Shown piece after piece: positions 26,461 through 41,035 of a DNA stretch of 64,000 bases. A program made the translations under genes and the position numbers. Within the stretch, counting starts at the first letter, position 1; each line of letters begins with the position of its first letter. The DNA is from Octopus vulgaris. Lineage: Eukaryota. The stretch spans positions 197,842,001-197,906,000 of the forward strand of contig OX597814.1 in NCBI GenBank assembly GCA_951406725.2, given 5' to 3'. The notes beneath the pieces are model-generated. The model was not told the DNA's origin and ran no database searches. It saw only the letters and a program-made list of their open reading frames with translations.

Positions 26461-26806
26461 CTATGTTGGAGAACCGCCTTTAGTTGAACAAATCGACCCC
26501 AGGACTTATTCTTTGTAAACCTAGTACTTATTCTATTGGTCTGTTTTGCCGAACTGCTAAGTTACGGGGATGTAAACACACCAGCATTGGTTAGCAAGCG
26601 ATGGTAGGGGTGGGCCAAACACAGACACACAAATATATATACACACACGACGGGCCTCTTACAGTTTCCCTCTACCAAATCCACTCACAAGGCTTTGGTC
26701 GGCCCGTGACTATAGTAGAAGATATGTATTCAAGGTGCCACACGGTGAGACTGAAACCGGAACCATGTGTTTGAGAAGCAAGCTTCTTACCACAGAACCA
26801 CACCTG
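26461..26806 (-). mobile_element. SINE type A
   Basis: Reverse-complement match. Confidence 0.85.
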
Positions 26807-26952
26807 TATTTTGAATTCTGTGTGTTGATTAAATAACGCACATGCATATATATACATATATATTTATGTATGTGTGTGTGTGTGTGTGTATATGTATGTA
26901 CCTATATGTTTATATGTATGTATGTGTATGTATGTGTATGTACGTATATGTT

Positions 26953-26984
<32 letters not shown>

Positions 26985-27487
26985 TGTACGTATGTTTATA
27001 TGTATGTACGTATATGTTTATATGAATGTACGTATATGTTTTTATGTATGTATGTACGTATGTTTATATGTATGTACGTATATGTTTATATGTATGTACG
27101 TATGTTTTTATGTATGTATGTACGTATATGTTTATATGTATGTATGCATATATATATACGTGTGTGTGTGTTTATATATATATATTCCTATATCATACAT
27201 TATCAATCATATTCTTTATGATTTGTTACTGAGTCGCCTCCTGCTGTCTATCGTAGATATATCGCTGGTTTCCTCAATTGCTAGATCTATCTATTCTACT
27301 GTATTATATTTATATTTACCGGCATGTTATTTCATATTTCAAATACTTTAAACAAAGCTTTAAAGTATACATGTGTATGTCTGAGTATGTACGTACGCAT
27401 AAGGGTGTTATTAAGTGACACATGTACGAACATAGCAGAACATTGTACGAACTAAGAAAGATTTACGTTTTATGTGTATAACAGCAA

Positions 27488-28461
27488 GGTGGCGAACTGG
27501 TAGTAACGTTAGCACGTCGGGCGAAATGCTTAGCGGTATTTCGTCTGCCGCTACGTTCTGAGTTCAAATTCCGCCGAGGACGACCTTGCCTTTCATCCTC
27601 CCGGGGTCGACTAAATAAGTGCCAGTTACGCACTGGGATCGATATAATCGACTTAATACCTATGTCTGTCCTTGTTTGTCCCCTCTGTGTTTAGCCCCTT
27701 GTGGGTAGTAAAGAAATAGGTATTTCGTCTGCCGTTACGTTCTGAGTCCAAATTCCGCCGAGGTAGAGTTTGCCTTTCATCCTTTCGGGGTCGATTAAAT
27801 AAGTACCAGTTAACGCACTGGTGTCGATGTAATCGACTTAATCCGTTTGTCTGTCCTTGTTTGTCTCCTCTGTGTTTAGCCCCTTGTGGGTAGTAAAGAA
27901 AAAGGTATTTCGTCTGTCTTTACGTTCTGAGTTCAAATTCGGCCGAGGTTGACTTTCCCTTTCATGCTTTCCAGGTCGATAAATTAAAGTACCAGTTACG
28001 CACTGGGATCGATATAATCGACTTAATACCTATGTCTGTCCTTGTTTGTCCCCTCTGTGTTTAGCCCCTTGTGGGTAGTAAAGAAATAGGTATTTCGTCT
28101 GTCTTTACGTTCTGAGTTCAAATTCGGCCGAGGTTGACTTTCCCTTTCATGCTTTCCAGGTCGATAAATTAAAGTACCAGTTACGTACTGTGGGTCGATC
28201 TAATCGACTGGACCCCTCCCCACATATTTTGGACCTTGTGCCAAGAGTAGAAAAGATTAAGGCGGCGAACTGGTAGAAACCTTAGCACGCTGAGCGAAAT
28301 GCTTAGCGGTCTTCACATTCTGAGTTCAAATTACGCCGAGGTCGACTTTGCCTTTCATCCTTTCGAGATCGATAAATCAAGTACCAGTTACGCATTGGAG
28401 TAAATCTAATCGACTGGACCCCTCCCCAAAAATTTCGGGCTTTGTGCCTAGAGTAGAAAAT
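27488..28461 (+). mobile_element. SINE type B tetramer (27488-28256) followed by a monomer (28261-28461)
   Basis: Units of about 185 bp restart at GGTATTTCGTCTG at 27719, 27904 and 28089. Confidence 0.9.
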
Positions 28462-28899
28462 AATGTATATAACAGTAAACATGTAACAAACACGTCTTTG
28501 TGCGTGTGTGTGTATGTATAAATATGTATGTACGTATATGCATGCTCCTGACGAACTTTTTGTCCGTCTCACGGACATTTTGTCTCGCCTTCCCTGTTTT
28601 TATAGTGGGCGGTCCCACTAAATGCCTCGTCATAGCAACAGCACATGAACGGCAGGCACTCAATAGACAAAGCCTGGGGCGATCCCACTGTCCTCGCCAA
28701 GGGAAATGGTGCCACTTAATTGTCACGTCCGGTATTATTTTCATTAGTCTTTTTAGCATGGGTCTGAACCTACTCATCGTACGGGGATCCTGCCCACAAG
28801 ATCCCCATGCTGAGAGCTAATCTCTCAGCATATTGTACGTCAGGAACATAGCCGTCCGGCTGAGCAGACGCCGAAATGTGTGTGTGTGTGTGTATATAT

Positions 28900-29004
28900 A
28901 TATATAGCGACGTACGTACACTTTGGTCTCATATATATATATATAGCGGCGTACGTACACTTTGGTCTCATATATATATATATAGCGGCGTACGTACACT
29001 TTGG

Positions 29005-29040
<36 letters not shown>
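28900..29040. repeat. three copies of a 36-bp minisatellite
   Basis: GCGGCGTACGTACACTTTGGTCTCA plus (TA)n. Confidence 0.9.
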
Positions 29041-29068
<28 letters not shown>

Positions 29069-29089
29069 GGGCGTGTATGTGTGTAAACT

Positions 29090-29404
29090 GGCACTCCGTC
29101 GGTTACAACGATGTATGTTCGAGTTGATCCAATTAACAGAACAGCCAGCTCGTGAAATTTACGTGCAAGTGGCTGGGTATATCACAGACACACGTACCCT
29201 TACTGTAGTATCCATGAAGATTCCGTGTGACAAAGAATGTGACAAAGCTGGTCCTTTGAATTACAGTTACTACACGTTATTGCTAGCTGAGTGGACTGGA
29301 GCAACGAGAAAGAGAGTGTCATGCTCAAGGACACAACGCGTTGCCGGATATCGAACTCGCGACCTTATGATTGTGAATTGAATACTCTAACCACTAAGCC
29401 ACGC
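29090..29404 (-). mobile_element. SINE type C
   Basis: Matches the copies at 23612 and 58688. Confidence 0.85.
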
Positions 29405-29507
29405 TTAGTATTATGAATGTGTGGTGGGGGTGTATACAGACACAACTTTATATCATTTGTTTCCTACGCCCGTTCCAACGTTGTTGTTTTCTTGAGCCTC
29501 AATATTG

Positions 29508-29617
29508 GATAGACATAGACAGACAGATGGATAGACACATAGATAGACATAGACAGACAGATGGATAGACATAGATAGACAGACAGATGGATAGACACAT
29601 AGATAGACAGATAGATT

Positions 29618-29665
<48 letters not shown>

Positions 29666-29689
29666 GGCAGACAGACAGGCAGACAGGCA

Positions 29690-29723
<34 letters not shown>

Positions 29724-29763
29724 TAGGTAGGTAGGTAGGTAGGTAGGTAGGTAGGTAGGTAGG

Positions 29764-29797
<34 letters not shown>

Positions 29798-29857
29798 TAA
29801 TATAGTAGATAGATAGATAGATAGATATAATATAGTAGATAGATAGATATAATATAG

Positions 29858-29907
<50 letters not shown>

Positions 29908-31120
29908 TAATAGTAGATAGATAGATATATAGTAGATAGATAGATATAATATAGTAGATAGATATAGTAGATAGATAGATAGATAGATATAATATAGTAG
30001 ATAGATAGATAGATAGATAGATATATAGTAGATAGATAGATATATAGTAGATAGATAGATATAATATAGTAGATAGATATAGTAGATAGATAGACAGAAG
30101 TGATAGATAGACACAGACATAGTAGATACATATATAATTTTGATTATATATATATATTGTTCGTTAATTTGAACTAAAACTGGTTCCGCCGCTACAAATG
30201 AAATTTTTATTCAGCCTGTCAGCTAAATGCGACATCAGATACCCTTCAATCACTGTTTAACTATCAGCGAGAGGCCGATGTTCGCCTGGCATGCGGTGAC
30301 AATTGATGTTTGGTATTGATGAAGCTAAAAAGAGCAGAAATCTTGATTTAGCAATGCCACCATATATATATACAGATTACGAGAAAAAGCTTTGTGTGTG
30401 CATGTATATGAAGATATGCATATATACAGGTGTATTTATGTGTATAGATGATTGAATGTGTGTATATATACAGTATACATATATATATATGCACAAGTAT
30501 ATATGTATTTATATATATATATGTACGTACAAACATACGTACGTACATATGTACGTACATGCGTATATATGTATATACATACATGCATATGTATATACAT
30601 ACATGCATATGTATATACATACGTACGTATATACATACATGCATATGTATATACATACGTACATATATACATACATGTGTACGTATATACATACATGCGT
30701 ACGTATATACATACATGTGTACGTATATACATACATGCGTACGTATATACATACATACGTACGTATATAGGTATGTGTGTATATACGTATGCATGTACAT
30801 ACATACGTATGTGTGTATATACGTATGCATGTACATACATACGTATGTGTGTATATACGTATGCATATACATACATACGTATGTGTGTATATACGTATGC
30901 ATGTACATACATACGTATGTGTGTATATACGTGTGTATGCATGTATATACGTATGTGTGTAAATACGTATGTATGTATGTATATATATACGTATGTATGC
31001 ATGTATATATGTATGTATATGTATACATATGTATGTATACATGTATGTACGTACATACATGGGTGTGTATATACATATGTATGTACGTATGTATATATAA
31101 ATGTGTGTGTTTGTGTGTGT
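29508..31120. repeat. GACA/GGCA/GGTA/GATA tetranucleotide tract followed by a TATG/TACG low-complexity tract
   Basis: Read directly; a unique spacer lies at about 30160-30400. Confidence 0.92.
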
Positions 31121-31612
31121 GTAATCTTAATGTTTCGTACTTTAACTGTGTTATAGGTCAGGTCGTTGCAGGATATGAAATCATTAACCCAAATCATTGA
31201 TTTACATTTAAATTTCATGTTGAGACAAAATCTATAAAAGTTGGATCTGACGCATTTATCACATTAGTCCTATATTTCTCTGTCTCTTACGTCTCTCTCT
31301 CTCTCTCTCTTACATTTTCTATCTTTCATGTCTCTCTCTCTACATTCACATTTCCGTCATCTCGTTATCAGCATTCTGTGTCTCATATACATAAATACAT
31401 ATATTATATAAAATATTTATAGATTACAATATATGCATACATATATACCCATATCCATATCTACATATCCATATTTCCATATACATATCTACATATCTAT
31501 ATATAAATGTTCTAATATCTACACAGCCTTGGTTTTTATTTCATTACGCAAAATATATATATAGGAAATTAGGTAAATAATCCTTCGAACAGACGGTTAG
31601 TAGCGACGCCTA

Positions 31613-31680
31613 CTGGGTCTGGCTACTCTGCATAGATAAAGGGCAAATACCCTGAAACATGTCTGCAGATGTCTGACCAG
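31613..31680 (+). ncRNA. type I hammerhead-like ribozyme motif with variant core
   Basis: tctgca-TAGATAA-AGGG-caaata-CCCT-GAAAC-AT-GTC-tgcaga, with stem I extended by GGTC/GACC. Confidence 0.6.
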
Positions 31681-31834
31681 CAAAGGGAAGCGGCTGACCT
31701 CCCCTGTTCGAAGGTTATAATGGACACAGGTTCGTGTGTCATATAGCTAGCTAGAGGCGATGGCCTCTTGGAGCTAATCAACGGCAGCTTTAGTCTTATA
31801 TTTATGGACTACCATATTAGCTTGGCGATAACTA

Positions 31835-31875
<41 letters not shown>

Positions 31876-32314
31876 GCCCACAGCTGTTTAATTGTCTACC
31901 GAAGCATCTGAGGAGCCTTCAATGGAGTGGATGCGAACTTGAACTTGACCTCTGGCTCGCCGAGACCCCGGATGAGCCAATATCTACGCAAGAAACTCTA
32001 AAGAGGGCAGTAACATGGAACTCCATCCTTCACCAAAAGCCGCTCCGATAAAGGCGGAAAGTGGAAAGATGACCACAATGGCGGTGCCCCAGCATGGTCA
32101 CAGTCAATGGACTGAAACATATAAAAGAATAAAATACATACATAGATACATACATACATACATACATACACACACACGTACATATACATACATATATACA
32201 TACACATATATATGCATATATTGTAATCTATATATATTGTATCTACACATATGGAGAGAGATAGATAAATACATATACATAGGGATAACATATCTATATA
32301 TGTATGTATGTATG

Positions 32315-32700
32315 TCTCTCTATATAAACGGCTGTTTGTCTGTGCGTGTTTCTGTGTGTCTGTTTTCTCGTACCCTCACCCTGACCACAGCTTTCAACCG
32401 ATTCTGATGAAACTTGACACACACATAGCCCAATGTCATAATTCAAAACTAACGCAGCGAAAATTTTGAAAAGTTCCCCCAGTTCTGAAAAAAATCGATA
32501 AATTCGACATGGGGTCGAGAATCAAAAAAAACAAACCACAGACTGTCTAGGGGACGCAACTCAACCTTTTTTTACTCTTAAAAAAAAAATTTACCATAAT
32601 TTTTTTTCCATTTTTTTGCTATTTTTTGGCTATAACTCTCTAAAAATGCTTTATAGTTATTTCCCTTACAAACCTGAGCAACGCCGGGCGATACTGCTAG
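32315..32700 (+). mobile_element. non-autonomous Helitron
   Basis: 5-prime TC..TATATAAAC, (CTGT)-like repeat, subterminal hairpin CCTGAGCAACGCCGGG and CTAG then T. First about 190 bp are shared with 60660-61196. Confidence 0.8.
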
Positions 32701-33129
32701 TGTATATATATATAAATTCAGTGTGTATTTAAACATATAAGAGGTATCCATTATAGGACTACATGCACGCTAGAGAGGACAGTCAAATTCCAAACCACTT
32801 TTAGGGATAAAAAATTCAAAGGGAATAAAAAATAAAAACATTCACTAAATTTTTAAACGCTAGGCCACTAGTAATGGAAATTTCTAATTTTTCAGATTAC
32901 CCTTTGATATTATTAATTATATATATAGATATATATATACACACACATGTATATACATATGCATGCATACATTGTAATCTACATTTATTTTATATAGGTA
33001 TATATTTACAAAGATATGTAATTTCGTTCAAATCTGTTTCACAATTGGTCTTTCATTTTACTCTCTGTCTTTATTTCCGTTTTATGACAACCGGCCAAGC
33101 TTTCTTTCTTGTTTTCATCTCTCTCTATG

Positions 33130-34172
<1,043 letters not shown>

Positions 34173-34511
34173 AATTTCTTTGCCTGACTCATCCAATTAT
34201 TTCTCTTACTGTTAAAAAACAAAAAAAAAAAAAAAAAAGCATCAAGCATCACAAAATATCTACATATCCCTTTCAGCTCTATAAAATCATCTGTCAGAGT
34301 TTAAAGCTGTGAGCAATTATCTCTTATGTTCCTCTTCGGATTTTTAGCTCCAATAGAAATCCGATATGTTCTCTCCTCCCGTCATTTCTATTATCATAAT
34401 TGAAAAACAAAAAGAAAGTCAATATGCTAAAATGTGGTCGTGTTAAAAATGAAATTATACATTTGCCTTGTGTATTCATAATTTATATCACTTTTGATAT
34501 TTCTCTTTCAG

Positions 34512-35178
34512 GCGAGAAATTATGGCCTTACAAGCGGAAAATTACGCCCTTGAGAAGCAATTATACAGTTATCAACAGTCCATAGCCAAGACAAACGCTA
34601 AAAATTCTCCAGTCAACCCGGTGGAACCGAGCAAGAAGCTGGTTGAGAATGGCTATGAGTTAGAACTGGCCAGAGAATTGAGTCAACATTTGCACGCGGG
34701 GGGGCACAAACAACCATCTCATCCAACTCAGTTATCACCCTCACCGACCCCACAACAATCTCATTACTCATCCTATCAACATCAGCAAGCACAACCGGCC
34801 CCGCCGCCGTCACCGCAACCACATCAACAACAACCGCAACAACAACAACAACAACAACAGCAGGAAAGTCCGAGGCAGCCGCCACAGCGGCAGCAGCGGC
34901 AGTCCCACCAGTACCATCACCACCAACAGCTGCAAGAGCAACCCAAACCGCCGTCGCCACCTACAACATCGCAACAGCAGCAGCACCACTACCACCACCA
35001 CCAACAGCAGCAGCAATCACAACAACAACAGCAGTATCAACAATACTCACCCCAGCACTCACCACAACACTCACCGCACCACTCACCCCATCATACACCG
35101 CACCATCATGAGAGGCGAACTCCGACGAGGAGACGTCACCATGACACGACATACCGAGACTACAATATCAGAAACTAG
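34512..35178 (+). CDS. terminal coding exon: probable coiled coil followed by Q/H/P-rich low-complexity tail
   Basis: TTCTCTTTCAG acceptor; GC-rich open frame REIMALQAENYALEKQLYSYQQSIAK...DYNIRN-TAG; phase matches the 16270-16415 exon. Confidence 0.9.
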
Positions 35179-35337
35179 AGAGGCGCCATCTTAAATATTG
35201 ACTGCAGTTTTAGGAAGAGAGCGAGAAATCTGAAAGAAATGTCTTGCATGGAACTTAATCAGTTCCTTCTATCCATTTGGCAGGATTCTGTATAATTCTA
35301 TTTGCCCAAAGCAATATAAGATTCCTGGTTCAATCCA

Positions 35338-35343
35338 AATAAA
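35338..35343 (+). promoter_or_regulatory. candidate polyadenylation signal (an alternative lies at 36231-36236)
   Basis: First AATAAA after the stop codon; the motif is common in AT-rich DNA. Confidence 0.25.
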
Positions 35344-35723
35344 GGATGGCTTTCTTGCTCAGCAGTTTTATCAACTGGTCTAATCGGCCCTTTTGTTTAT
35401 ATATGATATCTGCATGATTTTACATACTTTATGTGTGTATATATATATATATATATTTATATATACATATTTATACATATATATGTATACATATTTATAC
35501 ATATATATATGTATGTATATGTATACATATATATAGATAGATATATGAAAATATATAATACATATCTATATACATACACATATATATATAACTACATAAA
35601 TATATAAGATATAATACATATATATATATACATAACTACATAGATATATAAAATAAAATATAATACATATATATACATAAATATATAAGATATAATACAT
35701 TATATATACATACATATTTATAC

Positions 35724-35761
<38 letters not shown>

Positions 35762-37177
35762 CATATTTATACATTATATATATATATATACATACATATT
35801 TATACATTATATATATACATACATATATATAGATATATGAAAATATATATAATACAAATCTATATACATAAATACATAAATATATGATATACATATATAT
35901 ATATACAGATGTATATTTATACATAATTATATACATACTCACACGCTATTTAAATGTGTGTGTGTATATATATATGTCTGTATACATATATATATATAGC
36001 TATATAAATATATAATATGATATATAATATATATATATATATATATATAAATACATAAATATATATGTATATTTATGCATAATCATATACATACTCGCAC
36101 GCTATTTAACTGTGTGTATGTATATATATATATATATATATATTGTAAAATTCGAAAGACTCCAAATATACAGTTTCTTCCGTTCTTAACCACTGTACTT
36201 TATGACATGATTAATTCTGTTTAAGAGCGAAATAAACCGTATCTTTGTAGAACTTATTCACTCCACTGTTATAACGGTGAGTTCTTTTCTTTTTATATTG
36301 TCTTGGGGCTTACACAAGTCCAGCTGAACAAGCTAATTACTAGAGATATACAGATACACACACACAGATATATGAATGTATGTGTGGGGATATAACGTAT
36401 ATATGATTATATAACATTTATATATAATTGCTTATATAGTTAATTACATGAAAATATTACATATGTTCAAGGCGGTGCCCCAGCATGGCCACAGTCTAAT
36501 GACTGAAACAAGTGAAAACATATGTGTTATATAATATATACATATATTCGTATGTATTTATACATAATATATACATATATGTGCGTGCACACATAAACAT
36601 ACATGCTCATACATTTACGCAAATATACACACACGCGCACACACACACATATATATATATACATATATAAGGTACAATATTTCATATGTACCGGTCTATC
36701 AAGCAAGCTAGGAGACAAGCAGAGAACTTCATGTTTGTCCGTATATATATATATATGTGTGTGTGTGTGCGTCTCCTTAAACTTTTACAATTTTCACCAC
36801 TGCTGCCGTTGTATAAACAACAGTCTTGCATAGATTCAAAGAATCGAAACTTGATATTATCAATTCAAATAACAAAAGTTCGTTTACTGGAACTTATTTT
36901 TAAAACAAATATAATTTTAAAAAAAATAAAAGAAACAAACAAACAAACAAACAGAGAAAGCTCTTGATTTCCGGTGGAGATTTGGTTATGGTGCGTCTAC
37001 CGCTACTTCCGCTGTTACAGTTGCTCAGGAAACTCCAAAAAAAAAAACAACGATGTGTTTCAGTTTTGTTTTTTGTTAGTGTTTTAGTGGAGGGGGGGGC
37101 TCTTTTTTCTGTCTGTTTTTATTCAAGTAGATCTGTGTGGTCTTTAGAACTTTGTTGTTATTATTATTATTATTATA

Positions 37178-37395
37178 AGCGGCAAACTGGCAGAATCGTT
37201 AGCACACCGGGTGAAATGCTTAGCGGCATTTCGTCCGTCTTTACGTTCTGAGCTCAAATTCTGCAGGGTTGACTTTACCTTTCATCCTTTCAAGGTCGAT
37301 AAATTAAGTACCAGTTGTTTACTGGGGTCGATGTAATCGACTTAACCCCTCATCCAAACTTTCAGGCCTTGTGCCTTTAGTAGGAAGGATCATTA
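37178..37395 (+). mobile_element. SINE type B
   Basis: Full monomer between (TTA)n tracts. Confidence 0.85.
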
Positions 37396-38049
37396 TTATT
37401 ATTATTATTATATTATTATTATGTCGAGTGTATATCTAATCTTTCCGTTATTTCTCAAATTGTATAAGCATCAAAGATGATTGAGAATCTGGGACTGTAA
37501 GAATAGAAGCAATTCCGAAAGATTGGAAATTGTGCTAGCAGAATTCGCAGAAACATTTTTAACGAGTCGCCAGAACTCTTAGTCGCCAGAACGCATGTGT
37601 GCGTGATTGTATGTATGTATGTGTGTGGCCGGAAGTGTTTTTAAGAGCGTGAAATCAAGGATATTGTCTAGAATTACTCTGTGTGCCTTGTGCATATAAT
37701 TCAGGAGTTCTGCACTGGAGTTCTCATCCAACCAGTCTTGATATTTTCCTTTTTACGTCTTAAATCCGATGGATTCGGCAGCTGCATCATAAAGTGTGGA
37801 ACTTAAGGAGGATTTTCTTTCTTTTTTTTTTGTCATCTATGCAAGCTTCCGAGATGATGAGTGCCGCTGAAGTTTTTAGTTTGACATTGAAAAAGTGGCA
37901 GAAAACCTTTACAAATATCCGCTCTGTCGGACATAAAGCGACTGAGCCTCTTGAGGTCCAGTGCTTTTGAGTGTCAGAAGCATTGCACTTGCTATCTAGC
38001 CTTTAATAATATCATATGATAGTTTGTCCAATACTCAGCTCCCCTTGTT

Positions 38050-38995
38050 GTACGAGTGAGCAGAACACGCCTTAACATAATGTAACCAATACGATTACAG
38101 TTTTAGGATCTGTTGTGCATCTATGGGGTTTTGTTTGCTGTTCTGCTCGAAGCTAGTTCTGGCAATGGGGAAGCCGTGTTCCTCACACAGAGAAAGATCT
38201 TTGATGCTGTCATTGTTGCTGCTTTTGCCAACTTCATGATCACTTGTTTCCAGATTTTTTATTCCTCTCTATTCTTGCATTAAAATCAACCATTGGTACG
38301 ACTTTGTCGTGTTTGCAGATTCAGCATTTGATCTAATCTCTGGCAGAAGCGTTTTTTTATCCTGACTGCTCACTGCATGAGATTCTAAACTGCTTTTAAA
38401 AAGGCCTCCGTATCACTTAGAAATCTCAGAGAGATTTTCTAAATAAGCATCTCAGTCTCCTTATCAAGGTTTTCAGCTACCGAGCAGTCTGGGTTTCCTC
38501 TCTGTTGTACGGGTACAAGACACAGCCAACTCGTTAAGACCCTGGGAACCTTTAACATCCAGTGTCTCTAGAATAACCTTTCAGTTGCTTGGCAAGATAT
38601 AATTACTCACATAGAAGAAACCCTCCATCGAACTGATAGCTGCAATTTTGCATCTATGATATACAGGCACCATCCGAGATAACTCAGATATGTAGCTCAT
38701 ATGTTTGCGTATCTGTTTTGTTTGCTGTTCTGCTCGAAGATAGTGCTGGTAATGTGGAAACCGTGTTCCTCACACAGAGAAAGATATTTGATGCTGTCGT
38801 TGCCTCTTATTTTGCCAACTTCATGGTTCCTGATCAATCGTTTCCAGATTTTTTATTCCTCTCAACTCTTGCATTAAAATCAACTATTAGTACGACTTTG
38901 TCATGTTTGAAGATTCAGCATTTGGTTTAATCTCTAGCAGAAACGGTTTTTGTCATGACTATTCACTGGATGAGATTCTAAACTGCTTTAAACAG
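38050..38995 (-). pseudogene. RTE-clade AP-endonuclease remnant with a duplicated segment of about 270 bp
   Basis: Decayed DKVV.MVDFNARI...LSLCEEHG. 38128-38400 is repeated at 38715-38990. Confidence 0.65.
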
Positions 38996-38999
38996 GACC

Positions 39000-39355
39000 T
39001 CCTACGCAATGATTAAATCCCGGTCAGAGAACCAAAGAAGTGGTCTAAACGCTAATTGAAGACCACTTTGTAGGGCGAGTAACATAAACTTTTCAAGAGT
39101 GAAAGACATTGCTACCTTCTGTCCTCTTTAGAGATCTCGCTGTTCGTGGGGAGCGCGATTAGAGATACGGATGAGAGACGTACTCAGCGCTACCAGGAAT
39201 GTCGAGAAAAGAGACATGCACACAGAGTAATACCTGGTCTTTCCAACAAAGCATACACATGTCTCGTCTGCGACCGAAGCTGCACATCAATGACTGGAAT
39301 GTATTAAAGGGATCAAAGAAAGAAGACAGTCATCTAATCCCCTGATTCGATGGAT
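39000..39355 (+). pseudogene. RTE-type LINE 3-prime end
   Basis: YTCLVCDRSCTSMTG, resembling the terminal C-x2-C motif of RTE-like ORFs. Confidence 0.5.
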
Positions 39356-40006
39356 GTGGAGTTCCTTTTTGTTACTCGTTGTTGCAGTTGTTATTGCTGT
39401 GTTGCTTCCTCGATCCATTTGTTTCTTTATAGTTACCTTCTGTTGCTTTTTGAAAATAATTAACTAAACGCTTTTTCAATCAGAACATATATGTATGTGT
39501 ATATATATATTTGTTCAACCCCGCTTTTTCAGACATTACAAATACGATTTCTATCGTCGATGTGCTTATCATTATCATCCTCATCATCATACCATCATTA
39601 ATATAATCATCATCATTATGAAACCAACTCTTAACCTGCTAGTAATAACATCCAAATCACCCTCAAATCACACACGTCTTGAATAAGGAATAATGTATAC
39701 CTACATATCTCTAATACGGTGGAATGATCGCATCTGAAATTCATTCAATCATATTTCCATTAACTTAGATTGATGTTTCATCACCATCATAATCAGTATC
39801 ATCATCGCTCGTCTTCGCCGCTGTCATCATTTTCATAATAATTAATGTTATAACATTACTACTACTACTACTACTACTACTACTGGTATAGTCTTTTTTA
39901 ATACTACTACTACTACTACTACTATTGGGGGTATTGTTCTTTTTTTTAAGAGCTAAAACTTATATATTATGTTAAAAGTCATTTTGAAGTTATGTAGCAA
40001 ATTTCT

Positions 40007-40292
40007 ACAAAGCCTTGTGAATGGATTTGGTAGAAGGAAACTGAAAGAAGCCCATCGTATATATGTCTGTGTGATGGTGTGTGTGTTTGTGTTTGTCCCC
40101 TCACCATCGCTTGACAACCGATGTTGGTATGTTTACGTCCACGTAACTTTGTGGTTCGGCAATAGAGACCGATAGAATAAGTACTAGGCTTACAAAGAAT
40201 AAGTCCTGGGTCGATTTGTTCGACTAAAGGCGGTGCTCCAGCATGGCCACAGTCAATTGACTGAAACAAATAAAAGGATGAAAGAATAAAAG
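40007..40292 (+). mobile_element. SINE type A, 5-prime truncated
   Basis: Matches the A body and tail. Confidence 0.85.
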
Positions 40293-40620
40293 AGATGATC
40301 TATTCTATTCGGACTATCCGAGCTGATGGTCAACAACATCAACCAAGCAAATTCTTCTGACCATCAAGGTTGGCCTGAGGCCACACAAAAAACCTTCTCA
40401 ACTTTCTAACACTTAATTCAACTTCCTTGCTACGATATCCACTGCGTAGCTTAACTATAGCCTCATTCCGTCTGAGTGATAGTCATAGCCAGCCCCCGCG
40501 ACAATTTGTTGGTTCGCATCTGCGAGATGACCTCAGTATGTGCTTCTACATTCAAACTTTATCATTATCAACATTATCTACTTTGTGGAACGAAATTCTT
40601 TCAATTAAATAGACAATATA

Positions 40621-41035
40621 GGCGCAGGAGTGGCTGTGTGGTAAGTAGCTTGTTTACCAACCACATGGCTCCGGGTTCAGTCCCATTATGTGGCACCTTG
40701 GGAAAGTGTCTTCTACAATAGCCTCGGGCCGACCAAAGCCTTGTGAGTTGGATTTGGTAGACGGAAACTGAAAGAAGCCCGTCGTATATATGTATTTATA
40801 TATATATGCGTGTGTGTGTTTGTGTGTCTGTGTTTGTCCCCCCTAGCTTTGCTTGACAACCGATGCTGGTGTGTTTATGTCCCCGTTACTTAGCAGTTCG
40901 GCAAAAGAGACCGATAGAATAAGTACTGGGCTTACAAAAGAATAAGTCCCGGGGTCGAGATGCTCGATTAAAGGCGGTGCTCTAGCATGGCCGCAGTCAA
41001 ATGACTGAAACAAGTAAAAGATAGTAAAAGAAAAA
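40621..41035 (+). mobile_element. SINE type A
   Basis: Full-length match. Confidence 0.9.

Noticed and set aside
28900-29040. CRISPR-like regular 36-bp periodicity
   Set aside because: The spacers are just (TA)n, there are no cas genes, and the context is eukaryotic.
30315-30352. TTGATGA-AGCT..AGCA-GAAAT-CTTG-ATT, hammerhead-like
   Set aside because: Stems I and II are too weak; could be chance in AT-rich DNA.
32404-32413. CTGATGAAAC (also near 60747)
   Set aside because: No stem II between the two core halves; it is part of the Helitron 5-prime region.
34613-35152. Minus-strand ORFs over the terminal exon
   Set aside because: Antisense shadows of the Q/H/P codon repeats.
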